A stretch of DNA of 12,257 bases from PVC group bacterium (GTDB lineage Bacteria > GCA-001730085 > JADFSZ01), in contig JADFSZ010000034.1 of NCBI GenBank assembly GCA_022560555.1, forward strand, positions 1-12,257. The letters run 5' to 3'. Of the stretch, positions 1 to 7,600 are shown in pieces. The translations under genes and the position numbers were made by a program. The notes beneath the pieces were generated by a model. It was given only the letters and a program-made list of their open reading frames with translations, ran no database searches and was not told the DNA's origin. Position 1 is the stretch's first letter. Every line of letters starts with the position of its first letter.

Positions 1-897
1 AAGATGGAACTGCTCTCCGACAAGGGCAACGGCCAATATTTCTTTCGCTCCATAATTGGTACTGGTCGTATAGTATCCCGGCACCGGATCCCAAAAGTTG
101 ACTGTTACCCGGCCGGCGTACAAAAGGTTGTCATCCGGATTTGTTGCTGTTTCATTCCCTTGATAGACACCAAAGGCATATTTAAACTGTCCTTCATTAA
201 ACTGGCCGTTAACCATCACTCCGTCATCACGGCCTGCAAAAATGGCTGGATAACGCGATACAAGACCCGGAAACTCATATGTTGACAAGTAGTAAGGACC
301 ATCGAGGTTAGAACGATCCGATGGCGGTAAATGGCGGCCAATCCAAATATTAAACGCCTCCATTGGTTGGAACTTTAAGATGGCATCCAGAACATGGACA
401 TCCCCTTCCGCGCCATCATACTCTGTATTGAATTCGAGTAGGAAGTTTTCATATAATTGCCCATTGACGTAAAGTCGGATGCTATCCAGATACGCGTCAT
501 AATCCCAGTTTGTTCCGCTTGGAGATCCATCCTCTCTTCCTACAACAGATGTTCGAATTCCCACACCTATCTTTAATTTTCCACCCGTATTTGACTCAAT
601 CCAAGCCAGGGGAGAATCGGATTCGGGTTTGTAGGACGATTCGGCGGCTGGTTGTTGAGATATTTCAGCTTCAACCGCATTGTTGATACTCTCAACGTCA
701 GTTTCGCTTATCACACCCCGGTCAACCAAAACGTTCATGAGAGCATCGTATCTTGCTGATGCTTCATTGTTTGACTCTGCATAAGAGGTTCGCGTTAGCA
801 ATAACGCAAATAAAATGGCTCCACAAAATAAAAGTTTTGTGGAAAGACTTGTTCCATGTTTCGAAAACATACGCTGTCGCTGCAAAAAACGGTACAT
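1..897 (-). CDS. Outer-membrane beta-barrel porin (porin O/P-like), N-terminal 299 codons; C-terminus lies beyond the window start
   Basis: The reverse frame is open from 897 down to 1, with no stop in the window, so it is absent from the ORF track. ATG at 895-897 is preceded by AAAGGAG (904-910) with a 6-nt spacer. A second in-frame ATG lies at 868-870. Translation begins MYRFLQRQRMFSKHGTSLSTKLLFCGAILFALLLTRTSYA/ESNNE, a signal peptide with an AXA-like cleavage site. It continues with amphipathic strand-like segments rich in Gly, Tyr and Asn (KLKIGVGIRTSVVG, IRLYVNGQLYENFLLEFNTEYD, FKYAFGVYQG, LYAGRVTVNFWD). Family assignment is from pattern recognition only. Confidence 0.6.
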   Translation of the reverse strand, partial: MYRFLQRQRMFSKHGTSLSTKLLFCGAILFALLLTRTSYAESNNEASARYDALMNVLVDRGVISETDVESINNAVEAEISQQPAAESSYKPESDSPLAWIESNTGGKLKIGVGIRTSVVGREDGSPSGTNWDYDAYLDSIRLYVNGQLYENFLLEFNTEYDGAEGDVHVLDAILKFQPMEAFNIWIGRHLPPSDRSNLDGPYYLSTYEFPGLVSRYPAIFAGRDDGVMVNGQFNEGQFKYAFGVYQGNETATNPDDNLLYAGRVTVNFWDPVPGYYTTSTNYGAKEILAVALVGEQFHL

Positions 898-967
898 TAC
901 GGGCTCCTTTCGAGATAGCTCTCATTAAAAGATTTTAAAGGGATTGAATACGATAGGATATTGCGTT

Positions 968-984
968 CGCAAGCAACATGCCAA
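968..984 (-). promoter_or_regulatory. Sigma54 (-24/-12) promoter upstream of the porin gene
   Basis: The minus strand reads TTGGCATG-TTGC-TTGCG, against the consensus YTGGCACG-N4-TTGCW. GG and GC are spaced correctly. The element lies about 70-85 nt upstream of the porin ATG. Confidence 0.6.
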
Positions 985-1060
985 CATTTAAAGTTTTCGT
1001 AAACATTCAATAATAAATGTTTTATGGAAATTGAGAGATTAGGCGGGGGATTATAAAAAT

Positions 1061-1071
1061 TACATTTTTGT
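1061..1071. promoter_or_regulatory. Candidate enhancer (UAS) site TACATTTTTGT upstream of the porin sigma54 promoter
   Basis: Exact copy of the arm of the 2672-2715 inverted repeat. It lies about 80 bp upstream of the -24 GG. It is embedded in a local AT-rich palindrome, ATAAAAAT-tac-ATTTTTGT. A TTGTATTT direct repeat occurs at 1068-1075 and 1078-1085. Confidence 0.35.
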
Positions 1072-1095
1072 ATTTTATTGTATTTAATAATTCAT

Positions 1096-2646
1096 TTATG
1101 TATTTTTTTGGTAGAGCTTCGACCGGATATCATGCTTTTTAATCTTGTACCCCAGCATCCGTTCGGTGAGATCAAGCTCTTTCGCAGCATTTTTTTGGTG
1201 CCCCTTGACCTTTTTAAGGGTTTCAATGATCATTTCCTTTTCAATATTGTCTAAATACCGAACAAGGCCCTTTCTTTGAAATTGCGTGTGGGTTGTTTCT
1301 GCCGTCTGAAGCGATGGCGGCAAATGATGGGCCCGGATCACATCCTCATCACAAAGAAGAACCGCTCGTTCCATACAATTTTCAAGTTCTCTGACATTCC
1401 CCGGCCAATGATAACTCACAAGCATATCAATCGCGGGGGTAGAGATTCTTTTTACCGTTTTAAAATTTTCCTTGACGTACTTTTCAAGAAAATGCTCTAC
1501 CAAAAGGATAATGTCGTCTTTACGCTCCCGAAGAGGCGGAAGATATATGGGAAAAACATTGATGCGATAATACAAATCTTCCCTGAATTCCTTCTTCTTA
1601 ATAGCTTCTTCTAAATTTTTGTTCGTTGCGACAATCACACGGATATTTATTTTGATCGTATTGCGCCCGCCCACTCTTTCAAACTCACGCCCTTGAAGCA
1701 CACGCAGTAGTTTGATCTGAAGTGCGTTCGAGAATTCTCCGATCTCGTCTAAAAATATCGTTCCTCCATCCGCCAATTCAAATCGGCCCATTTTTCGCTC
1801 CGTGGCTCCCGTAAATGCTCCTTTCTCATGACCAAAAAGTTCGCTCTCAAGCAAGGATTCCGGCATAGCTGCGCAATTCATCTTAATAAATGCCTTATTC
1901 GCCCGAGGAGAGCTGTAATGAACCGCGTTGGCAACAAGCTCTTTGCCTGTGCCGCTTTCTCCGCGAATCAAAACTGTGGTTGTGCTCGAAGCCACCTGAT
2001 TGATGAGGGCGTACACCTGATTCATGCATCCGCTGTTCCCGACAATACCTTCAACTTGGTAGCGTTCCTTGAGATTCTCCCTCAAGCGAATATTTTCATC
2101 AAATAGCTCTTTTTTTTCTTCTTCGACCAATTGATGAAGTTTTAAAGCTTGTGCGATAAAAGAGGCAACAATATTCAAAATTTTAACGATATCAATAAGC
2201 ACAGCCTTATCGTCAAACTCTTTGTCCACGCTCAGGGCCCCCACAACCCTTTTGTCCATCCGGATCGGCACACATACAAAAGATCGTTTTTTGACAGAAG
2301 TTGACGCGTGAGGACGTGTCCGAAACAAGAAACGCGGATCTTTTCTAATATCAGGCACAATAATCGCCTCTCCTGTTTCCACAACCTTTCCGGTGATCCC
2401 TTCGCCAACCTTGTACACCCCGCGCTGTTTGGCGGCTTCCGTAATGCCATGAGCAACGGTGACCTTCAGCAATTCCTGCTGAGGATCCAGGATCGTGATC
2501 ATGCCCCGGCGAAGCTTGGCATGGATTTCCAGCAGATGAAGAATGGACTCCAGTGTGTGCCTGATGTCCAAGGACTCAACAAGAACCATGGCAATATCAT
2601 GCAGAAGATCAACTTCTTGAAAATGGGCGCGCTTCTTTTTACTCAT
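1096..2646 (-). CDS. Sigma54-dependent transcriptional activator with GAF-AAA+-HTH (NifA-like) architecture and no receiver domain
   Basis: 516-aa ORF. The N-terminal GAF-like region is about aa 12-168 (nt 2143-2613). Walker A GESGTGKE is at nt 1939-1962. The sigma54-contact motif GAFTGA is at nt 1804-1821. Walker B is GGTIFLDEIGE. The C-terminal Fis-type HTH is NAAKELDLTERMLGYKIKKHDI (about nt 1123-1239). Confidence 0.93.
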   Translation of the reverse strand: MSKKKRAHFQEVDLLHDIAMVLVESLDIRHTLESILHLLEIHAKLRRGMITILDPQQELLKVTVAHGITEAAKQRGVYKVGEGITGKVVETGEAIIVPDIRKDPRFLFRTRPHASTSVKKRSFVCVPIRMDKRVVGALSVDKEFDDKAVLIDIVKILNIVASFIAQALKLHQLVEEEKKELFDENIRLRENLKERYQVEGIVGNSGCMNQVYALINQVASSTTTVLIRGESGTGKELVANAVHYSSPRANKAFIKMNCAAMPESLLESELFGHEKGAFTGATERKMGRFELADGGTIFLDEIGEFSNALQIKLLRVLQGREFERVGGRNTIKINIRVIVATNKNLEEAIKKKEFREDLYYRINVFPIYLPPLRERKDDIILLVEHFLEKYVKENFKTVKRISTPAIDMLVSYHWPGNVRELENCMERAVLLCDEDVIRAHHLPPSLQTAETTHTQFQRKGLVRYLDNIEKEMIIETLKKVKGHQKNAAKELDLTERMLGYKIKKHDIRSKLYQKNT

Positions 2647-2671
2647 AATATCTTTTCCATAAACGTTTTAT

Positions 2672-2715
2672 ATACATTTTTGAATTACTTTCTCCCGAAA
2701 GAGACAAAAATGTAT
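2672..2715. repeat. Perfect 11-bp inverted repeat ATACATTTTTG / CAAAAATGTAT (22-bp spacer, nested CTTTC-tccc-GAAAG hairpin) just upstream of the EBP start codon
   Basis: Read directly. The left arm is 2672-2682 and the right arm 2705-2715. The inner 5-bp stem is 2688-2692 / 2697-2701. It sits between the glnA terminator and the EBP ATG (2646). Function as an operator, UAS or RNA structure is not established. Confidence 0.6.
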
Positions 2716-2740
2716 TTTAGGGATCTTTTTGGTTTTGATC

Positions 2741-2786
2741 AAGCAAATAAAAAAGGCTTTTTAACGTGGAGGTTAAAAAGCCTTTT
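2741..2786 (-). terminator. Rho-independent terminator of glnA
   Basis: Perfect 15-bp stem, AAAAGGCTTTTTAAC (2751-2765) and GTTAAAAAGCCTTTT (2772-2786), with a 6-nt loop. On the minus strand it is followed by TTTTTTATTT. It lies 30 nt downstream of the glnA stop. The stem is AT-rich, with only 3 GC pairs. Confidence 0.7.
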
Positions 2787-2816
2787 GATGGTCCGGCTGA
2801 TATTCAGAGATGTAGC

Positions 2817-4259
2817 TTAGATATCGTAGTAGAGAAAGAACTCATAAGGATTGGGACGTAAATCAACCGCCTGAACTTCCTTTTCAAGCTTATAATTGAT
2901 CCACGTATCAATGGCATCTTTTGTAAAAACATCACCTACGAGCAAGAACTCATGATCCTTTTCAAGTTCAAGTAAAGCATCTCTCAAAGAGTAAGGCGTC
3001 TTTTCCACCTTGGCTAATTCTTCGGGAGGAAGATCATAAAGATCTTTGTCCAGCGGCTGTCCTGGATCAATTTTATTCTGAATCCCGTCCAGCCCGGCCA
3101 TTAGCATCGCGGAAAACGCAAGATACGGATTGCAGCTCGGATCCGGAAATCTTGCTTCAATGCGCTTTGTTTTCGGGTTTTCTGAATACATGGGAATTCT
3201 GACCGCGGCAGAACGGTTTCGGCTTGAGTATGCGAGATTAACCGGAGCTTCAAAACCGGGAACCAGACGTTTATAGGAATTCACCGTTGGATTTGTCAAA
3301 GCCGTTAAAGCTTTGGCATGCTTCAAAATTCCTCCGATATAGTGGAGCGCCATCTGAGAAAGTCCCGCATAACCATCTCCGGCAAAGAGCGGTTTTCCTT
3401 CTTTCCACAAAGACATGTGCACATGCATTCCTGAGCCGTTATCACCAAAAATCGGCTTCGGCATGAATGTCGCCGTATATCCGTGTTTTTGGGCAACGTT
3501 TTTAATAGTGTACTTATAGATAAGAAGTTTATCTGCCATATCCACCATCGGCATAAATCGCATATCTATTTCAGCCTGACCGGATGTGGCCACTTCATGG
3601 TGATGAACTTCGATATCCACACCAAGATTGAGAAGTTCCACAACCATCTCGCTTCTCAAATCCTGAAATTTATCGCTTGGAGGGCAAGGAAAGTATCCCT
3701 CTTTATGACGCAGCTTATGTCCTTTGTTGCCTCCCTCTTCTTCCCGACCGGTATTCCATGCCGCTTCAATGGAGTCGATTTCATAGAAGGCTCCGCGAGG
3801 TTCAGCGGAATATTTAACCGAATCAAAAATAAAAAACTCGGCTTCCGGACCAAAAAAGGCCTGATCCGCAATTCCGGTGGATATTAGAAATTTTTCCGCT
3901 TTAACGGCAATATTTCTTGGATCCTTCTGGTACAATTCCTTCGTGATGGGATCTTTGATCGCACAAATCATAAAAACGGTTTTGTGTTTTGTAAATGGAT
4001 CCAACTGAGCTGTTTCAGCCAAAGGCATAACCAACATGTCACTCTCATTTATCGCCTTCCATCCTCGAATGGATGATCCGTCAAATCCCAATCCTTCTTC
4101 AAAGCTCGAAGCATCAACCGCATGCGCCGGCATACTAAAATGCTGCCACGTGCCCGGAAAATCCAAAAACCTAAAATCAACAAACTGGACCCCTTCTTTC
4201 TTAATGAAATCAAGGACCTCTTTTGGCGAATGAAATCGCCTTCCATTTCCACCTGACAT
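2817..4259 (-). CDS. glnA: Glutamine synthetase type I-beta
   Basis: Collinear with enterobacterial GlnA. Shared motifs include FGPEAEFF, the GSI-beta insertion [85 protein letters not shown] and the adenylylation loop [11 protein letters not shown]. The track starts the ORF at 4265, but AGGAGG (4266-4271) abuts that ATG with zero spacing. The ATG at 4257-4259 has a 6-nt spacer, so I call 4259 as the start. Confidence 0.95.
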   Translation of the reverse strand: MSGGNGRRFHSPKEVLDFIKKEGVQFVDFRFLDFPGTWQHFSMPAHAVDASSFEEGLGFDGSSIRGWKAINESDMLVMPLAETAQLDPFTKHKTVFMICAIKDPITKELYQKDPRNIAVKAEKFLISTGIADQAFFGPEAEFFIFDSVKYSAEPRGAFYEIDSIEAAWNTGREEEGGNKGHKLRHKEGYFPCPPSDKFQDLRSEMVVELLNLGVDIEVHHHEVATSGQAEIDMRFMPMVDMADKLLIYKYTIKNVAQKHGYTATFMPKPIFGDNGSGMHVHMSLWKEGKPLFAGDGYAGLSQMALHYIGGILKHAKALTALTNPTVNSYKRLVPGFEAPVNLAYSSRNRSAAVRIPMYSENPKTKRIEARFPDPSCNPYLAFSAMLMAGLDGIQNKIDPGQPLDKDLYDLPPEELAKVEKTPYSLRDALLELEKDHEFLLVGDVFTKDAIDTWINYKLEKEVQAVDLRPNPYEFFLYYDI

Positions 4260-4326
4260 GTCCATCCTCCTTCGTAGGTTTTTGTTTTAAAAGCGAATCC
4301 ATAGATTTATCGGAAAGGCTGTTTAC

Positions 4327-4343
4327 AGCAGAATTCATGCCAA
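4327..4343 (-). promoter_or_regulatory. Sigma54 (-24/-12) promoter of glnA
   Basis: The minus strand reads TTGGCATG-AATT-CTGCT, against the consensus YTGGCACG-N4-TTGCW. The predicted 5' UTR is about 55-60 nt, similar to that of the porin promoter. Confidence 0.65.
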
Positions 4344-4454
4344 GAACCTCTAAGCAGAAAATTCAAGCGCGTCCCAGATCTATCCATGCGCAATTCAATA
4401 ATAGGTAAACGCGTTACAAGAGATATAAACCCAAAGCGAAATATTTAAATAATG

Positions 4455-4498
4455 GCAAATTTGTAATTTCAGAATGGAATTAAGGACAATTTTGTAAC
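4455..4498. promoter_or_regulatory. Candidate tandem enhancer sites upstream of the glnA sigma54 promoter
   Basis: GCAAATTTGTAAT (4455-4467) and ACAATTTTGTAAC (4486-4498) start 31 bp apart, about 3 helical turns. They lie 114 and 145 bp upstream of the -24 GG. The second matches the ACAWTTTTGTA core shared with 1062-1072 and the arms of the 2672-2715 repeat. The sequence is low-complexity and AT-rich, so a chance match is possible. Confidence 0.35.
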
Positions 4499-4627
4499 TT
4501 TTCGAAAGAGGCCTCTCATCCATGTACTCAAATAAAGGAGCAAATCATAAGTCTCTTTAGGCAAAATGTCAAAAGAATTCTTCCGGCCTCCTTCCATCTT
4601 AAAAGAACCGGATTTAAGCCGTAAAAA

Positions 4628-4636
4628 TGCTATAAT
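4628..4636 (+). promoter_or_regulatory. Possible extended -10 element (TGcTATAAT) for glnE
   Basis: TGCTATAAT lies 58 nt upstream of the glnE ATG. There is no convincing -35 hexamer. It conflicts with the hypothetical upstream small ORF at 4566-4697. Confidence 0.25.
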
Positions 4637-4693
4637 CATAATGGATCAGAAACCGCGCAGCCCCAAACTCAAATACAGACCCTGTGGACCTGA

Positions 4694-7600
4694 ATGACTC
4701 CTCTTGATGAAAAAAAATTAGCACAAATCAAAAGCCGACTCCCCCATATCGATGAGACCTTGATTCAAAATCATATTGAGCGATTAGAAGAAGATTATTT
4801 CCTTGAATTCTCAGATGAGGACATCATCACTCATATTCGGGAAATATCTCACCTCTCAACAGACACCGCCTGCAAAATGATTTTCCAAAGATCAAATAAA
4901 GATTTCACAATTACCGTTATTGGGTTTGACACCCAAGGTTCTTTCGCGGTCATTTGCGGCCTTCTGACCTCGGCCGGATTTAATATCCAAGAAGGCAAAA
5001 GCTTTACATATTCAAAATCAACTCCCAAAACCATATCCAAAACAAAAAAACCCATGAGACGCTCTCAAGCCCGGGAGTTGGCCAGACAAACATTCTATCT
5101 TGAAAGAAAAAAATTCATTACCCAACTCCATTGTGTTCACGCGGCTCCGGATACACTTGCAAAAGATTTTGAATCCCAATTTCAATCGCAGCTTAACCTG
5201 TATCACGGATACCTCATCGACAACAAAATTAAGGAAGTTCAAAAGGAGATCAATCGCCTTATTCAGGACCACCTGATAGGTCTGGTTCCCAAAAATACAT
5301 CTTCATCCGCCCATCGGTTGCTGCCGATTGATATTCAGTTTGAAAAAGAGGCAAATCAGACAGTTTTGCATATTACGGGACCGGACACGCCCGCATACCT
5401 TTTTTCTTTGGCCAACGCTTTGACCCTGCATGGAATTTCAATTCAAAAAGTCTCTGTCAAAACAAAAGGCGCCTTCGTGGATGACAAAATCACTATCACA
5501 GACATGTACGACCGTCCCCTAACCCAGCCCCATTATTTACAAAAACTTAAAATGGCTGTTGCCAGTATCAAACAGTTTACACATCTTCTGCCTCTCGCAA
5601 CCGATCCGACGGCGGCTATGCATCAATTTCATCAATTTATCGATGACTTAATGACCAAATCTAATTACGCCCTATCCCCGTTTGATAAAGACGAAAATTT
5701 ACTAATGGCCTCTCTGGCAAAAATTTTCGGCGCAAGACCTCACATTTGGGAAGACTTTATTCGCATGCAGCATGAAAATCTGCTTCCTTTTCTTAAAAAT
5801 ATCGGTCATCTTGAAAAGTCAAAATCCAAAGAGGTTATGCTTGATGAACTTCAAAATTCATTATCAAAAGTCAAAGGATTCGACCGACAAGTCAAAGCCA
5901 TCAATGAATATAAAAATGAAGAGCTTTTTCGTATTGATCTTGTTCACTTAATCTATCCCAGTATTACCTTTATTGAATTTGCCGAACAGCTCACACAGCA
6001 CGCCGAGGCAATTATCAGCACAACAGCAAATTTAATTTACCACTATTTAGAAGAGCAACACGGGACCCCCTCGAACAAGGACGGTTCCGTCTGTTCTTTC
6101 GCCTTATTCGGCCTTGGAAAATTCGGAGGGCAAGAACTTGGTTATGCTTCAGATTTAGAAATTGTTTTTCTCTATGATGAAAATGCTCAAACAAATCATT
6201 CTAATAATGCCATTGGTAACTCGGTTTTTTTTATCAAATTCGTGCAAAATCTTTTAAAGGCTCTTCCGGCAAAAAACGCGGGCATATTCGAAATTGATCT
6301 TCGCCTGCGCCCGCACGGAAAAAAAGGTCCTCTAGCAAGCTCCTTGAACCGCTGGGGTGAATATTACCTCAAAGATGGGGGCGCTTATGATTATGAACGT
6401 CAAGCTCTCATTCGCTTGCGTCCGATTTATGGCAACACGGATTTTTGTGGCAAAGTAATGGAAATTCGAGATCAGATTATTTATTCCGAGAGTTCCATCT
6501 CTGTCAAAAACTCCATCGAGATCCGCAATAAACAGATTCTTAAAAATGTGACTCCGGGAAAAATCAATGCAAAATTTTCCAAGGGGGCTTTAACCGATAT
6601 TGAATACGCCATTCAGTATCTTCAACTGGCGCATGCCCATCAGCACCCAAAATTGCGGACACCAAATACTATTCAGGCTATGGAATATATGCTCGAAACA
6701 GACATTCTCACACCGACAGAATTTGAAAAACTATATAATAATTACGCTTTTTTACGTCGTGTGATCAATGCTCTACGCATGGTGAGAGGTAACGCAAAAG
6801 ATCTTGAAATCCCTGACCTGGCTTCCGAAGAGTTTATTTTTCTCGCCCGCAATCTTGGATATGTGTCAAAGGAATCCCAATCGGCCGAAGACCAGCTTTT
6901 CAAGGATATCGAGCTTACACTTAAAACAACATATGTTTTTTACAAAGCAAAATTCATCGAAAAGAAAGAAACTGCCTTTGAGGAATCGGGGCTGCCGGGG
7001 CTTCTGCTACAGAAAAAAATGAGCGAAAATGAAGTCACGCGAGTGTTGGCATCCCTCAAGGTTCAGGACACAAAAAAAATTCACGGTATCCTGAAATCAC
7101 TTATTCAAGAAGTCGAAGACAAAAACACCCTCGTTGCGGTCCTTGTCCTTGCGGAAAGACACATCCGCCGATCACCCGATCCGGATAAAGTCATCGTTAA
7201 CTTCGGAAATTTTATTATTGAAAGTTCAAAACAGCATATCTCTCTTAAACAGTTGTTGTATCAGCCAAAATACATTGAGATACTCATCACTCTTTTCGGT
7301 TTTAGCGATTATCTAACAATCATCCTAACCAAGAATCCTCAACTCCTCCTTACGATCACAAACGACCGTCTCCTTCTTTACAACAAAACTCACGAACATT
7401 TCGCTTCTGAACTCAGTTCCTGCGCGCCGTTTACAAATGATATTCGAGAAAATTTACGCATGATCCAAAAATACAAAAATTCCGAAACTCTCAGAATCGG
7501 CCTCAGGGACATTTACCTCAACAAACCATTCGAACAAATTGTTCGTGAATTGTCCGATTTGGCCGACACGATTGTAGATCGTATTTACCGAAATATTCTT

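Noticed and set aside
4-938. Plus-strand ORFs 4..285 (93 aa) and 753..938 (61 aa)
   Set aside because: Both lie almost entirely within the continuously open reverse frame 1-897 (753..938 also runs over its SD). That frame has an SD, a signal peptide and porin-like sequence. The plus-strand translations are low-complexity, Cys/Ile-rich and have no recognisable features.
2434-2449. Sigma54-like match (minus strand TGGCATTACGGAAGCC) inside the EBP CDS
   Set aside because: It is intragenic, the -12 region is AAGC rather than TTGC, and no ORF follows. Chance match.
1276-2820. Shadow ORFs overlapping the EBP gene (1276..1614+, 1828..2106+, 2308..2820+; 2232..2456- in another frame of the same strand)
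   Set aside because: They overlap a CDS that has unambiguous AAA+, GAFTGA and HTH motifs. 2308..2820+ also runs through the glnA terminator and the inverted repeat. They are typical shadow frames.
4260-4326. Possible glutamine riboswitch or anti-SD structure in the glnA 5' UTR
   Set aside because: The predicted leader of about 55 nt is too short and lacks the conserved glnA-RNA motif elements I can recall. The only pairing to the SD is a CCUUU segment of 4-5 bp including a wobble, which is not convincing.
3483-4408. Alternative-frame ORFs over glnA and its leader (3483..3887+, 4036..4233+, 4223..4408+; 3656..3871- and 4049..4252- in other frames of the glnA strand)
   Set aside because: They overlap the highly conserved glnA frame. 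4223..4408+ would additionally run across the glnA SD and the sigma54 promoter. None has motifs or a plausible RBS.
4344-4693. Search for canonical NifA (TGT-N10-ACA) or NtrC (TGCACC-N5-GGTGCA) enhancer sites in the glnA-glnE intergenic region
   Set aside because: I checked each TGT and ACA in the region by eye and found no TGT-N10-ACA or NtrC-type palindrome. The only recurring elements are the AT-rich ACA-N4-TGT / TTTGTAA motifs reported as findings.
4849-7316. Small ORFs inside glnE (4849..5055-, 5018..5272-, 6804..7022+, 7134..7316+)
   Set aside because: They sit inside, or out of frame with, a 1261-aa ORF that carries paired GlnE motifs. No independent support exists.
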